The notes under the pieces are model-generated. The model had not been told where the DNA came from, ran no database searches, and saw only the letters and a program-made list of their open reading frames with translations. A stretch of DNA of 64,000 bases, from contig VRVR01000007.1 of NCBI GenBank assembly GCA_009859145.1, positions 62,001 to 126,000 of the forward strand. Reading direction: 5' to 3'. The first letter of the stretch is position 1. Each line of letters opens with the position of its first letter. Shown here piece after piece: positions 21,282 to 32,655 of the stretch. Source of the stretch: Andalucia godoyi And28. Taxonomy: Eukaryota > Protista > Jakobida. Made by a program: the position numbers and the translations under genes.

Positions 21282-23879
21282 TCAAAATGGATCTGATTCG
21301 AAACTTTGCATGGGACTGCGAAACTGCTGCGGATACTGCTGCAGATGCTGAGGTTGCTGCTGAGGATGACTTGCAAGGCCACTGGACGACTCTCCAAACG
21401 ATCCTCGTCGTCCTTTGAACGAGACCGCAAGGTACCGCGGGCCCACCTCCATGTTCTCCGTGTCATAGACAGGCATACCTGAGAGGCACTGGACAGCAGT
21501 ACGTGCTGAGTCAAGATAGTAGAACCTCACGAAACCGTAGCCCTTGCAGAGACCTGTAGTCTTGTCTGCGATTGCATGAACATCCGCAAGCGCTCCAAAT
21601 TGTGAAAACAGCCCCGAGAGCCAGTCGGACGTTGCGGTCGGCGGAAGACCGGATACGTACAGCGCTGGCGCCGGCGCATTCCCTCCAGATCCCACCCCGT
21701 TCACACTCCCACTTCCACTTCCGACCCCATTCCAGGTGCCGTTCGCATTCATCATCATCATCATCATTGCAGATGATGGTGCAGATGATGAAAACACTGC
21801 TGGAAACGGAGCAGCGGGTGCAGAAGTATGGCTGTGCAGAGCAGGGATCGTCGACGCTACAGGATATGAAGTCGCTGAAAACAAGGACGATATCGATGTC
21901 CCACCCAACTCCTGATGTTGCTGCTGATGTTGCTGATGAACATACTGGTTATGCTGATGATAACGTTGGTGATGTTGGTGATGTTGGTGATGTTGGTGAT
22001 GCTGTTGATGATGCATGTATCCATTGACAGTTGCATACTGTGGCGGCGGTCCGAACATGTCCACATGCTGCGGTTGATAATACTGTGGGGGAAGGTACGA
22101 CGGATGATGAGGAGCAGGATACTGTGTGGGCGCATCTCGGAATGAAAAAGGATCAAAACATTCTGTGCTCGCACCCAACGACACCGCAGAGGCCGAGGGC
22201 ACACGGGGAGAGGGCAAAGAAATAGTAACGTTCGCAATAGAGTCTATATCTCCGCCACCGTTGTCCGAGACGCATGCCGAGGTTGTTGCTGAAGACAGCT
22301 CTCTGTACGATGACGGTCGCGAAGATGATGCACATGCCGCACACAGCCCCGCACCGCCGACCATCAGCAAGCCGTCTGATCCAAACCCGACGCAAGATGT
22401 ACCACAAGTTCCACACATTCCTGTCGAAGACGGCAGGGAGGGCACAGCATTGGTACTGATTGCAGCGGCGATACTGGAGGCAGTCGTCGCCGTCGTGATG
22501 GACAGCGTCGGTACACGTCGTGCAGACGACTGAGACTGAGACTGAGACTGAGACTGAGACTGAGGCTCAGAAACTGACTGAAACTGAGAATACGCAGAAA
22601 GAGGGAGAGCCTCTGTCGCCGCTCGCTGGCTTGTTCCTTTCCGCGTCCGCTGCTTTCCTCCTCTTTTTCCCCTTCCATCCCGTTCCCTGTCCCGTTCTTT
22701 TCCCGCCTCCCTCTCACTCTCTACCTCTCTTCCTGCTGCATAGCGACTATCGTATCTACCGTCGTTTTCACCTTCACCTGCACACTCCCGTTCCCTCTCG
22801 CCTTCGAAGAATGCATTTACATCCGCATCTGCATCCGCATCTGCATCTGCACTCGTCGCAGAAGTGGAAAGTCGTGACAGTCGTCGCCGAGATTGTTCAA
22901 GAGGCGTCTCTGCAATGCGGACTGTCAATACCCGCCCAACACTCGTCACTACCAATCCCAACGCCAATCGTCTCTTCTTCTCCTCGTCTCCTTCTTTATC
23001 CATGGCACTGCTCACTTCCTCTGCCGACGCAGTCGAGCCACGCTGTTGCTGGTGCGATATGTACGTTGCAATTGCCTGTTCCACAGTTTGTGAATGGAAC
23101 ACCCGGATTGCCTCATGCGCCTCTGCTGTCGTCTCGAACCTCACGAACCCCACACACCGACTGTTGGAGCTGTTACTATTGCTGTTACTATTGCTGTTGC
23201 TGCTAATGATATTGCTGCTAGTGATGTTGCTGCTAGCGCTGATGGTATTCGAATGCTGGCTCGAAGACGAAGAAGAGACGAGAACACGTGATTCCACGAC
23301 AGTCCCAGCAATGGAAAAGAGTGTGGCAAGCGCAGTCGACGACCATGCAGGATCAAGGTTGGCAACGTACAAATTCGACAGTCTAGCGTCCAGCGTGTTT
23401 GCGCGTGCATATGATACTTTGAGAGTTTTTTCCTTTTCTCTGTCTCGCTCACTTTCGCCACCAGGAATGCTCCTCCTCCCGCCACCATGGCTGCTACGAT
23501 TGCTCGTACTAGCAACAGCGCCACTACTGCCTGATGGACTGTGGTCGGTGAGAGCGATGCCATTGAGTGTAGCAAGTGCGAGCGCGGCGTCTGCAGCAGA
23601 AGCAAGTCTGACGAACCCGTAGCAAAGAGAGGCGCCAGTCGCCTTGTCTCGCACGAGCTTCACGGACTCTGGAGGACTATCCAACTGTGGCGACGGTGCC
23701 GCAACCGCAGACGAAGATGGAAGCAAGTACTGTCCGCCGAGATGAGGTGAAAAAAGAGAATAGAGATCCGCGTCAGTAAAGGATTTTGGAAGGTAGTTCA
23801 CAATCAGATTGCGACGGTCCAACCATGGCATTGATGACGGTTGCGGATGATGGTGGTGGCTATGCGTGCTGTTAGACAT
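21282..23879 (-). CDS. ELAV/Hu-like RNA-binding protein with three RRMs and extensive low-complexity tracts
   Basis: NLIVNYLP, SLCYGFV, NLYVANL, CVGFVRF, LYVSGLP, CKGYGFVRF RNP motifs; start taken at MSNSTHS downstream of the (AG)n tract. Confidence 0.88.
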   Translation of the reverse strand: MSNSTHSHHHHPQPSSMPWLDRRNLIVNYLPKSFTDADLYSLFSPHLGGQYLLPSSSAVAAPSPQLDSPPESVKLVRDKATGASLCYGFVRLASAADAALALATLNGIALTDHSPSGSSGAVASTSNRSSHGGGRRSIPGGESERDREKEKTLKVSYARANTLDARLSNLYVANLDPAWSSTALATLFSIAGTVVESRVLVSSSSSSQHSNTISASSNITSSNIISSNSNSNSNSNSSNSRCVGFVRFETTAEAHEAIRVFHSQTVEQAIATYISHQQQRGSTASAEEVSSAMDKEGDEEKKRRLALGLVVTSVGRVLTVRIAETPLEQSRRRLSRLSTSATSADADADADADVNAFFEGERERECAGEGENDGRYDSRYAAGREVESEREAGKERDRERDGRGKRGGKQRTRKGTSQRAATEALPLSAYSQFQSVSEPQSQSQSQSQSQSSARRVPTLSITTATTASSIAAAISTNAVPSLPSSTGMCGTCGTSCVGFGSDGLLMVGGAGLCAACASSSRPSSYRELSSATTSACVSDNGGGDIDSIANVTISLPSPRVPSASAVSLGASTECFDPFSFRDAPTQYPAPHHPSYLPPQYYQPQHVDMFGPPPQYATVNGYMHHQQHHQHHQHHQHHQRYHQHNQYVHQQHQQQHQELGGTSISSLFSATSYPVASTIPALHSHTSAPAAPFPAVFSSSAPSSAMMMMMMNANGTWNGVGSGSGSVNGVGSGGNAPAPALYVSGLPPTATSDWLSGLFSQFGALADVHAIADKTTGLCKGYGFVRFYYLDSARTAVQCLSGMPVYDTENMEVGPRYLAVSFKGRRGSFGESSSGLASHPQQQPQHLQQYPQQFRSPMQSFESDPF

Positions 23880-24005
23880 TCCCCCCCCGTCTCTTTTTTT
23901 TTCTTGTCGTGTTTGTTCTTTCCTCCTTTTTCTTTTCGGGTTTCTACTTTGTTTTGTTCTTGGTTTTAAAAAACGGAAAGTCGTTGGAAATTTTGAAAAG
24001 GCGAA

Positions 24006-24008
<3 letters not shown>

Positions 24009-24099
<91 letters not shown>
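24009..24099. repeat. (AG)n microsatellite upstream of the RRM gene
   Basis: Directly visible; makes the ORF-track call extend spuriously to 24371. Confidence 0.97.
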
Positions 24100-24404
24100 A
24101 AGAGAAAGAGCAGAAAAAACAGTGTACGTGAAGGAAAAGAGGAGTTTTTCTTTAGATGACACATCCCTCGCAACTTCAAAAGCTCGAAAGTCCGCGCATA
24201 AGGTAAGGAATGATGGACATGACGGCAGAGCTCGTGTAGCAACGGGTGCGCAGTCCGGGCAAGCGACGGGCGAGAATTCTCCGGAGTGAACGGAAGCGTA
24301 TGCAGGGTGGGGGCATCGAGCGCTTCAATGAAGGTACCTGAAATCAAGAAAATCGGATACGACAGAACCAAATATGGCTATCCGGACGGCGGGCTTACTG
24401 CTTT

Positions 24405-25090
24405 TTGCTCCGATCAGTCATCGGGGCTGTGCACATGTCTTTCAATGGTTCGCGGGTGCAATCACAAAATCGGCTAAAAACCAATTGGGCCCGGCTTTCC
24501 TCCTATGCGGAATCTTTTTTCTCTACGTCTGCTAATACTCGAAACAATGCTTGTGTTGGGTGGTCCAAACACTCAACATCCAAAGAAACAAATATATCTC
24601 GAAAGAATGAAATGAAAAAGAAAGAATTTAAATTTAAAAAAACAGCACAGATACTGCGTTATCACACCTGTGCAGCGCCACGGTCCAGCCCCGCACCCCC
24701 TGAGTTCGTGCCTTTCTAACTCGCTCTGATTTGAACGCCTGCGATACACCGAGTTTGGCGCCTACAACGACAAGAAGAAATTCAGCGGGCACCGTGAGCC
24801 CCTCCCCCCTCCCCCCCACGAGGTGACGGAACCCATATACAAGCAAGAAGTGTGGCCGGTGTCTATTTGTGCATGAAAAATTGGCTTCGTGCGGAGTCTC
24901 CGAAGAAATGGTTTGATTCGCGCTGATCGAGGATCCGCCTAGCGGGACGGCGTGTACAAACGACGAACACGCCGCCATCCAAGCATCCCGTACAATGCAC
25001 AATGAAAACGCTCCGGTGAAACCGAACTCGAGCGCGAGAAAACAAGACAAGCCGAGAAATGCACTGCAGATGCAGTGGTTCAGTGATCAG
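24405..25090 (+). pseudogene. Fanzor/TnpB relic C (Zn-finger motif plus 3' hairpin)
   Basis: EVTEP-YTSKKCGRCLFVHEKL at 24820-24883 (one-base frameshift) matches TnpB/Fanzor E.YTSK.C..C; DEHAAI at 24962 is in the same frame; hairpin CACTGC-AGAT-GCAGTG followed by GTTCAGTG (25062-25085), as at the family B right end; outer boundaries uncertain. Confidence 0.55.
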
Positions 25091-25280
25091 GGGTCAGTGG
25101 TGAATCAGAGTTCATATTCCGTGGTTTACTGAACTGTGTATTGACGGTTGTTGCTGCTGTTGTCATTGTCGTTCATTCTGAAAGGGAAGAAAGGTAGAAA
25201 AAGTAAAAAGATATTATTTACTACATACTCCCACTACTACTTCAACAACAGAAAGAGCAGCGGCAAGAAAAAGAAAATGA

Positions 25281-26432
25281 TCATGCCGGAAACGCGACAG
25301 CTTGTTTGGCCATTTCCATCACGCCCTCGAAAGTCCTGTTGCCTCCGATGAAGCCCGCGGCATGGCAAAAGACGCAACCTGGGATTCCCGTGAGAGTAGA
25401 CAACTCGTCGTCTCGTAGACCTCTCCAGGGTTTTGGAAGCGCCTTTCTGGAATCAAATGAGCTATCAGAAACTGGGACTGCCTGGACACGCCAACCTCCA
25501 GCAGTGTCCTTGTACACGACGAACAGCGTCTTCGGACTGGACTGCTCGAGCTCCAGCAAGTGCGACTTCCAGTTACAGAACGTATCCAGCACGAGAATAG
25601 GGCTGCCGTCTGCCTTTGCCAAAGCACGCTGGACAACCTGTCGAGCCGGTAAAATGCTGTCGACCATATTTGCAAAGAACTCCAAAAAGGACTCCAATAC
25701 GCGCTGCATCGCCGCGATAAACCGCACGTTTTCGTCCGTCTTTCGAGAGTCGGAATCCGGATAATCCACAGTCCATGGTGCATTCAGATACGAAACTCGC
25801 GTGGAAAGCACAGACGACATTGCATATCTCGTTTCCTCCGCGACATCCACTCCATTATCAATTGCATCCACATGCTCTATAAACCCAGAGTATGCCTTCT
25901 CGACCATCATCGACACGTCTTCTTCGGAATACTCTCCGCCCCCAGCACCACCGTCACCGTCGTGGCTCGGAAGGCTCTGCACCTGCAGGAGATTCGCAAT
26001 AATCTCTTTTCCATACAGCTTAAAGACAATCCCGGCAGAAGAAAGCTTTGTGGTCCTGCGACTCGGAGACCACGTTTCTGTAAATGAAGACTGATGATGG
26101 TCCAGTCGGCCGGTGGACGGCTCAAACTGGGCACCGACATCCACAATGACCTTGCAGCGTGCAAGATATGCGGGGTCTCTTGATCGCAAAATGGGAAAGT
26201 CCCGGAAACCAGGGAGAGTCCGCAGCAGCGCCAGAGCAAGTGCCTCGTCGCAGTGGAACGTCCCGTCGTGTGTCCCAAGCACATTTGGGAACAGCGCATC
26301 CATAAACGAGCACTGACTGTAGACGGAGACCACAGGAGCAGCCGTAGCAAGTCGGACTACATCAGAAATCCGCGAAAAGAACAGGCGAGGTGCAGTCGTA
26401 GACAACATTCTGGATCGTTTCGGTGAGTCCAT
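25281..26432 (-). CDS. MYG1: MYG1 (UPF0160) exonuclease-family protein
   Basis: GTHDGTFHCDEALA, DVG, DHHQ, KLSSAGIVFK, DAIDNG, GCVFCHAAGFIGGN. Confidence 0.95.
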   Translation of the reverse strand: MDSPKRSRMLSTTAPRLFFSRISDVVRLATAAPVVSVYSQCSFMDALFPNVLGTHDGTFHCDEALALALLRTLPGFRDFPILRSRDPAYLARCKVIVDVGAQFEPSTGRLDHHQSSFTETWSPSRRTTKLSSAGIVFKLYGKEIIANLLQVQSLPSHDGDGGAGGGEYSEEDVSMMVEKAYSGFIEHVDAIDNGVDVAEETRYAMSSVLSTRVSYLNAPWTVDYPDSDSRKTDENVRFIAAMQRVLESFLEFFANMVDSILPARQVVQRALAKADGSPILVLDTFCNWKSHLLELEQSSPKTLFVVYKDTAGGWRVQAVPVSDSSFDSRKALPKPWRGLRDDELSTLTGIPGCVFCHAAGFIGGNRTFEGVMEMAKQAVAFPA

Positions 26433-26795
26433 TTACTGTGCCAACATTACACAAGTGCTCTGGTTATTAATACATATTATTAATACATGGACAGTGGCCA
26501 TACTCGGTGCGCACTGTTTGCATGCGTGCCGCCTTCTCCTGCAAATCGCACCCTCTGTGGTTGTCGTAGCGTGAAGTCTCAAGCACTCAAGCGGGTGCGT
26601 TTTATTTCATAATTGATGGCACATGATGGCCGAGTTGTCGCTCGTTTGATCGCTTTTCTTTTTCTTTTTGCCTATGTTTTGTTTGTATGTACGTTTGCTT
26701 GTTAGCTTTTGTTGTTTTCTTTCTTTATTGTTGACACATTATATTAAAAAAAGAAGAGTTTATACGGAACGTGGGAAGGGGGTAATTTAAAAATA

Positions 26796-28286
26796 ATGAA
26801 AATGAACAGGAGTGTGTTCGCGATTGTGGTCCTTGCGTCGATTGCGTTGGGCGTGTGTTCCGGTGCGGAGCAGAAAGCGTCTCGCCGTGCGTCTGTTTCG
26901 GATGTTCAGTCCAAGTTGATGAACTCCGCGACAAACGGCTCTCCGCTGACAGTTGGAGTTTCGAAAGTGGATGGTTCTTTGCCGGTTGGGGTTCCCTTGG
27001 CTGGATACTCGGAGCGACACACTAAGGATTGGCCGTTGCCGAACAAGACTGCGTACACGACGTTCATGATCCCGTCGGTGGGCATCCGTGATCCGACGTG
27101 GGTTCGTGCTCTTGTTCTCGACGATGGCGCTTCTGGTCGGTTCATGATCGTGACCATCGATGCAATCGGCGCAGACGGAGGACTTGTGAAGAAGGCTATT
27201 GAAATCGCTGCTGCACAGGGTCTCAAGACGAATCCGGACCACGTCATTGTGTCTGCGTCGCACTCGCACTCTGGCCCAGGAGCGGTATCTTACGAGAAAT
27301 TGTGGGAACTTGCTCCGGCAACAGATCTCATTGTGCCTGCAATTCAGGTTCAGCTTGCATCGTCCATGGCATCTGCAATGATCGCTGCAGAGGCGGCAAT
27401 GGAACCTGCAGTCATTGCATTGACAACGACGACGCTGGCTGGATACACGCGCAATCGACGCGCGCACATTGCACATTATCCAGAGACGTATGTGGACACA
27501 ACACTGGGAGTCATCCGAGTGGACTCTGTGACTGGAACACCATTGGCGACGCTCTGGAACTTTGCTTGCCATGGAACATGCTTTGGACCAAGCAACTTGC
27601 TGCTTTCCGGTGATATTGTTGGACACACGTCAACATTGATTGAACAGGCAATCGGAGTGATTGGACATGCCGCCTTGTTTGTCCAGGCAGATGCAGGAGA
27701 TGTGTCGCCGAATGCAGACGCCTGCGCCGGACTCCCCGACTTTGCCGGTTCGCATGTGTTTGCACAGACTGTGTTGGACACCCGCACTGCACTGCAGTCT
27801 TCGCTGTCGTCGGACGTTTCAATTGCGGTTGCCTCGCAGGTTGTGTCCTTTGGTGATGCCAATCTGAACTTTACATTCACTCGTTGGGAAAACTGCACTC
27901 AGGGTGGCCCTCTCGATATTTGCGGTATCTGCAAGGTCTTGCGCTGCGACGTGCCGCTGCGCTTGGACTCATCGTGGATTGAGAATACCCCGCGCTTCAC
28001 GGCCGTGCGTCTCGATATTGCGGGCCATCACTTTGGCCTTGTTACGGTTCCCGGAGAAGCCCTAACGGAGCTTGGCCTCGCGATCCGCAGCGAGATGGCC
28101 CTTCTCGGATTTGAACGCACCATCTTTGCAGGCTACTCAAACTCGCACATGGGATATTTTGCGCCGCCAGATCAGTATGATCTTGGTGGTTATGAGAGTC
28201 AGCTTACGTTCTTCACCAGGAACACTGCATGGACCGTTCGTGACTCGGCCATCGGCGTCGCAAAATTGGTCGCCCCCCAGTCATGA
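26796..28286 (+). CDS. Secreted neutral/alkaline ceramidase-like protein
   Basis: Signal peptide; LAGY, RALVL, SASHSHSGPG, NFACHGT, GDVSPN, TVPGE, GYSN..MGY motifs. Confidence 0.8.
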   Translation: MKMNRSVFAIVVLASIALGVCSGAEQKASRRASVSDVQSKLMNSATNGSPLTVGVSKVDGSLPVGVPLAGYSERHTKDWPLPNKTAYTTFMIPSVGIRDPTWVRALVLDDGASGRFMIVTIDAIGADGGLVKKAIEIAAAQGLKTNPDHVIVSASHSHSGPGAVSYEKLWELAPATDLIVPAIQVQLASSMASAMIAAEAAMEPAVIALTTTTLAGYTRNRRAHIAHYPETYVDTTLGVIRVDSVTGTPLATLWNFACHGTCFGPSNLLLSGDIVGHTSTLIEQAIGVIGHAALFVQADAGDVSPNADACAGLPDFAGSHVFAQTVLDTRTALQSSLSSDVSIAVASQVVSFGDANLNFTFTRWENCTQGGPLDICGICKVLRCDVPLRLDSSWIENTPRFTAVRLDIAGHHFGLVTVPGEALTELGLAIRSEMALLGFERTIFAGYSNSHMGYFAPPDQYDLGGYESQLTFFTRNTAWTVRDSAIGVAKLVAPQS

Positions 28287-28548
28287 TGCAATGGAACACT
28301 GATCGAGAAGGCAATTTCCGCCGTCCTTTCCAATGATGTGTAAACCATTTTAATTTTTTTTTTTTTCTCTCCCCGTTTTCGCATTTTGCAACGTCTGGTG
28401 GATGTGTCGACGTTCTTTGCTCGATTACCTCGGAAGATTCTTTCTTTTCCTTCTTCCCACCCCGGCTGCCAGCATCCATAACAATTCAATAAAAAGCGCA
28501 CGTCTATGATTACAATTGCAATTACCATCCTAACCTCTACAATTATTG

Positions 28549-29973
28549 CTACCTTGGAACACTGGATTGCTTTTCCAGAGATGCAAAAAAGTCAATGGCA
28601 GCCTCTGGATAAAACAGGCAGCGTAGCATGGGAAGATTCTGAAAGTTGCCCGGCGGAATCGTCCACAAATCTCCACGGACCTTCATCAGCCATCCATGGC
28701 TGCGCGCATACTCCAATGCGTCTGCATACTCGGATTCAAAATCGATACCAAATGTTGCAGAGACTACACTTGGCCGCAGGATCCCAAAGCTCAGGGACAG
28801 CAAGACATGTTTTGCTACACGTTCTTCGACTGGAAGCTGGTACGTAAACGATAGAGGCATGTGTTCTTTCGCCTCGCCAACTCGGTGCACATACTCGTCA
28901 ACGGTATATGGAGCAAAGGTCCAACACTCGCCAAGCATAGACGTAGCATAGTTTCCGACTCCAATGTACGGATCGTTGCCGAGCAATCTACTTTCAAAGT
29001 AGGACGAGACGCCGACTTCGCCCTTGTGTTTTGAAAAATTCAGAGAACCATACGGAGCGTGGTACCCATGCGACGTCAGAAAGTCGTATCCAAAATCGTA
29101 CAACATGCCATACGTTTCCAGCGAAGGCCAGGAAGGCGCTCTTTTTGACATCGACCTTCCTTTTCCTCTGTACAAACAATCATACGTCGTTACCGTATCC
29201 ACGTCGCAGTCCACGAGAAACTGAAGATCCTGTTTCCAATTTTCCATCGACTGCCCAGGAAGCGCAAAGATGACATCTGCACAAACACGGCCAAACCCAA
29301 CCGTTTTCAGGTTTCGCAGCGCTGTTCTCGCCATATCAATCTGCTGCCCTCGGTTCACACTGGCAAGCGTCTCGGCATTTGTGCTTTGGATACCAACCGA
29401 AACCCTTCGCACGCCACGGTCATAGAGCACTTGCAGCTTTTCCAAATCATTCGCAGCAATTCTCGGAGTCGTCTCGATGGAAACGGATCCAGGTCGACCG
29501 GTATGAGCCAGCAGGGACTGAAAGGGCTGCAATGCTGCGAACAACTTGTCCAGCAGACGCGGAGACAGCAAGGTCGGTGTCCCACCCCCAACATCAATTC
29601 CAGTGATTTTCCACCCAGCGATCCGGATTTTCTCGTGCACTGCTGCGAGCTCGTTGCAGACATGGTCTACATACTGTCCGTGAACCTCTTCTGATTTCCG
29701 AGTATCCACAGAAAAGTTGCAAAAGAAGCACTTTGCAGCGCAGAACGGAACGTGGACATAGAGCCCCATCTGCTTGAGCGCAGGCCGAGACTCGTAGAAC
29801 GAGCTTCCTGCAATTTGCGTCTTCCAAATTTCGTCAAAGGAGATTCCACCACGAGGAATCATGAACGCCTCTTTGAAATATTCTCTTCGGATCGGATACT
29901 GAATTGTGAAATCATGCGGATGTTGCTTTGCGCACTGAATGGCCTTCTCCATCCATGATCGTCGTTTAATCAT
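28549..29973 (-). CDS. Radical SAM enzyme, HemN/HemW (coproporphyrinogen III oxidase-like) family
   Basis: LYVHVPFCAAKCFFCNF (CxxxCxxC), GGGTPTLL, RRVSVGIQS, DVIFALPGQ; start taken at MIKRRSW. Confidence 0.88.
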   Translation of the reverse strand: MIKRRSWMEKAIQCAKQHPHDFTIQYPIRREYFKEAFMIPRGGISFDEIWKTQIAGSSFYESRPALKQMGLYVHVPFCAAKCFFCNFSVDTRKSEEVHGQYVDHVCNELAAVHEKIRIAGWKITGIDVGGGTPTLLSPRLLDKLFAALQPFQSLLAHTGRPGSVSIETTPRIAANDLEKLQVLYDRGVRRVSVGIQSTNAETLASVNRGQQIDMARTALRNLKTVGFGRVCADVIFALPGQSMENWKQDLQFLVDCDVDTVTTYDCLYRGKGRSMSKRAPSWPSLETYGMLYDFGYDFLTSHGYHAPYGSLNFSKHKGEVGVSSYFESRLLGNDPYIGVGNYATSMLGECWTFAPYTVDEYVHRVGEAKEHMPLSFTYQLPVEERVAKHVLLSLSFGILRPSVVSATFGIDFESEYADALEYARSHGWLMKVRGDLWTIPPGNFQNLPMLRCLFYPEAAIDFFASLEKQSSVPR

Positions 29974-30135
29974 CCTGATTCTTCCTTTCCTTGTAATCCT
30001 TTTCCTCCCCTCTTTTTCCCCTATCACCACCACTACCAAGCAACAGCAACAGCAACAGCAATGCAATGCAAGACAATGCATGTAAGAATAATGCAATTTT
30101 TCATTCGAATTTTGCGAGCTTGTTTTACTAAGCAC

Positions 30136-32440
30136 TAGTGCAAGATTATTGCAAGATAATAATTAATGGATGCGACCATTTATGATGGGTGATCCTGATG
30201 ATAGGGATCAGGAATCGTACGTCGTTTTGCAAAGGATCGTTGCTTGGCTCATGCATCGTCGTCACCTCCCAGCTGAAGCAAGTCTCGCGAATCCTTTTCA
30301 GTTTCATCCACGCAAGCACTATCATCAAGTTCGTCATTGTCATCTTCGCATTCAACATCGAGAGCATAAACAAATGGGACATCGTCCAGGCAATCACCGG
30401 TCTCGAAGAGAGAAGGGACGTTTTGTATCTGTTGAAGCAGCTGCGTCCCTTCTTGAGAAACTGTCATAGCCCCTTGCTTGCCTTTTCTCATTCCTTCCGC
30501 AGCGAACCGGTCAATGATACCCTGTCCAAGTAATTCGATCTTGTCGTCGCTTTTCTTCTGCGCCATTGCTGCACGACGCGCTTCTTGGACAGCAACCCGT
30601 TTCTTTTGCGTTGCATCCAACATGCGATTTCGGAGTTTTGTCAGTGTCCGGCCATGGGTGCTGAAGTTTCTTTCTGCTGCTGCAGAGGTGACAGGGATTT
30701 GTAACAGACGGTCGCCAATTTCTGACAGTTTTGGGAACAGCAGTCGTGCATATGTATTCCAGAATTTGCGGGGGCACACACGACCGTTCACGGTACACAT
30801 TGCGTAGTTGAACGTTGGAAAGGAAGTCATCCAATCCCCTAGTTCACTCATGAGCTGTTCCTCTTCATTGTCGGTTACCTGCGAAACAAAATAAGCAATA
30901 GCACTGTCCACTACTTCTTTTTTGAAGTACACAGGACTATACCGGGGGTCGAGGAACACGGCAGACACAATTTTTGGTCGATACAAATATGCCTTCCATC
31001 TTTGCAGAAGCTTTTCTTTAGCTATGGCAGCGTCGTCAGCAGAAAGCACGGTGTCAACTTGCTGTTTCAGAGGGTCCCACGAAACAAAAACATCGGACAA
31101 TGTTGACCGGATGCTCTCTCCAAGAACTTGATGACAACCGCAAATTCACGCAGGACTGCTTCTGCTTTTCGAAGACCCTGCCAAAAGCTGTTCAGCATCA
31201 GTGACGATGCGCGACTTCCAAATTCATCTTGCATGTCTGCTCTGGCAGCGGCTTGACGGAGCGCATCTTCGTTAGCAAGAACGCTTGAAACGCAGATGTG
31301 CTGCGTTGGCCATCGAGTTGCAACGTATGCTTCAAGTCGGTTTTTTTGCTCCACACTGCTTCTCAAGTCGTTTCCAAAAAAGTTTCTTCCTACTGAAAAA
31401 TGTTGTTAGATCGTTGCAAAACTTGATTGCGTCGCCAAGCCACTCCAATGACTGACAAATGTCTTAAAGAAGAAGATGCGTGATGTGCGCTCTGTGGAGT
31501 GTAGACAATGAAGTTCACCACAGCGGCGTCCGTTGTATTTGTCCAGCTATCCGTAGAGAGGCTGAGATGACTAGCTTTGAGACAAGCATCGAGCAAGAAC
31601 GTCCTGCATTCATCACAGGCCTCGTTCAGAAGCTGGCTAGCAACGTACTGCCTGGACGGCAAGGAAGGAAACGCGGCGTTGCGGGATACGATTCCTAAAT
31701 CCTCGAATGCACCTCTCAGACCAGGATCTTCGATAAAAGTGAAAGGAATGTTGCATCCATACATTGCTTTGGCGAATCGTCTGACAAAATTGCTCCAAAC
31801 TTCACGACCTACGCGAAACCCAGCAGACACGATGGACAACTGCTGCCGCGGAACCTTCTTCAGAGGCTCAGTAGAGGTACTGGTATCTTCCGTCGGTTCC
31901 TCACGTTTGTAGCGTGCATCCGTCGGAACAGGACGTTCCTGCTGCACAACAATCGAAGCAGAAAGAGAATGCAGGGCAGAGGTGCGCGCAAAAACTGTGC
32001 CATGCTGCGATTTCAGCACAGACAGATCAAGCGCCGGAATGTTCTTGCAGGATACAGCATGTGCGCAAACTCGGGTCGCATTATCCGCCCCAGGAACTGC
32101 CTGCCCGCAGTGCTTACACTCCCAAGGACCTTTCCCAAGACTTGCACCCGGGCCATTCTCAGCACCCGCAAAACAACACGTGCTTGAACACGGAAGACTT
32201 TGGTTTGTGACCCATCAGGACCACGGCGGATTTCGGTCGTTTGACCAGATTCGTCAGAACAGGAAGAAAAAAGCCGACATTGTTGTGCGCGAATGGCAAT
32301 TTCTTTACAAACAAAACAAAAGAAAACAAAAGAAAGGAGAATTAAACATCAGAAGACAAGGAGCTTGACGGGGAAAACTCATCAAGGGAATTTCGAATGC
32401 AGAAGGACTGCAATTTTGCATGCCAAAGTCCGTTGCACTG
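30136..32440 (-). mobile_element. Degenerate hAT DNA transposon, candidate extent
   Basis: Candidate TIRs TAGTGCAA (30136-30143) and TTGCACTG (32433-32440), 7/8 match and beginning YAGTG like hAT ends; no clean 8-bp TSD recovered. Confidence 0.45.
30249..32215 (-). pseudogene. Disrupted hAT-family transposase (BED finger, DDE, C-terminal dimerisation domain)
   Basis: MGHKPKSSVFKH + WECKHCG...H...C (BED finger, frameshift ~32160); LSTDSWT; AHITHLLL*DI (CxxH region with a nonsense codon after an internal deletion); ATRW; FLDPRY; IPVTSAAAERNFS; at least 3 frameshifts. Confidence 0.9.
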
Positions 32441-32655
32441 CAAGACAACAGCAACCCTGGTCCGAACTCCTAAGTTCCGACAGCCTCGGAGCAGCTGCAG
32501 AAAAAGCGAGCGATCATTCAGAAGAGTGCAGCAGGTTCAAAAGAAGGAAGAAGAAGGGAAAAGAAAAAAGAAAAAGAGGTGCAAATTCACATCGCTGGAT
32601 GTTTCGCATCGCAGACCCCATCAGCATTAGATCGAGATCATTAGTAATCGTGATT

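Noticed and set aside
23880-24371. N-terminal extension of the RRM ORF (and similar extensions at 50810-51037, 43357-43500, 32293-32598, 29974-30135)
   Set aside because: Open frames produced by microsatellites or pyrimidine-rich UTRs with non-ATG starts
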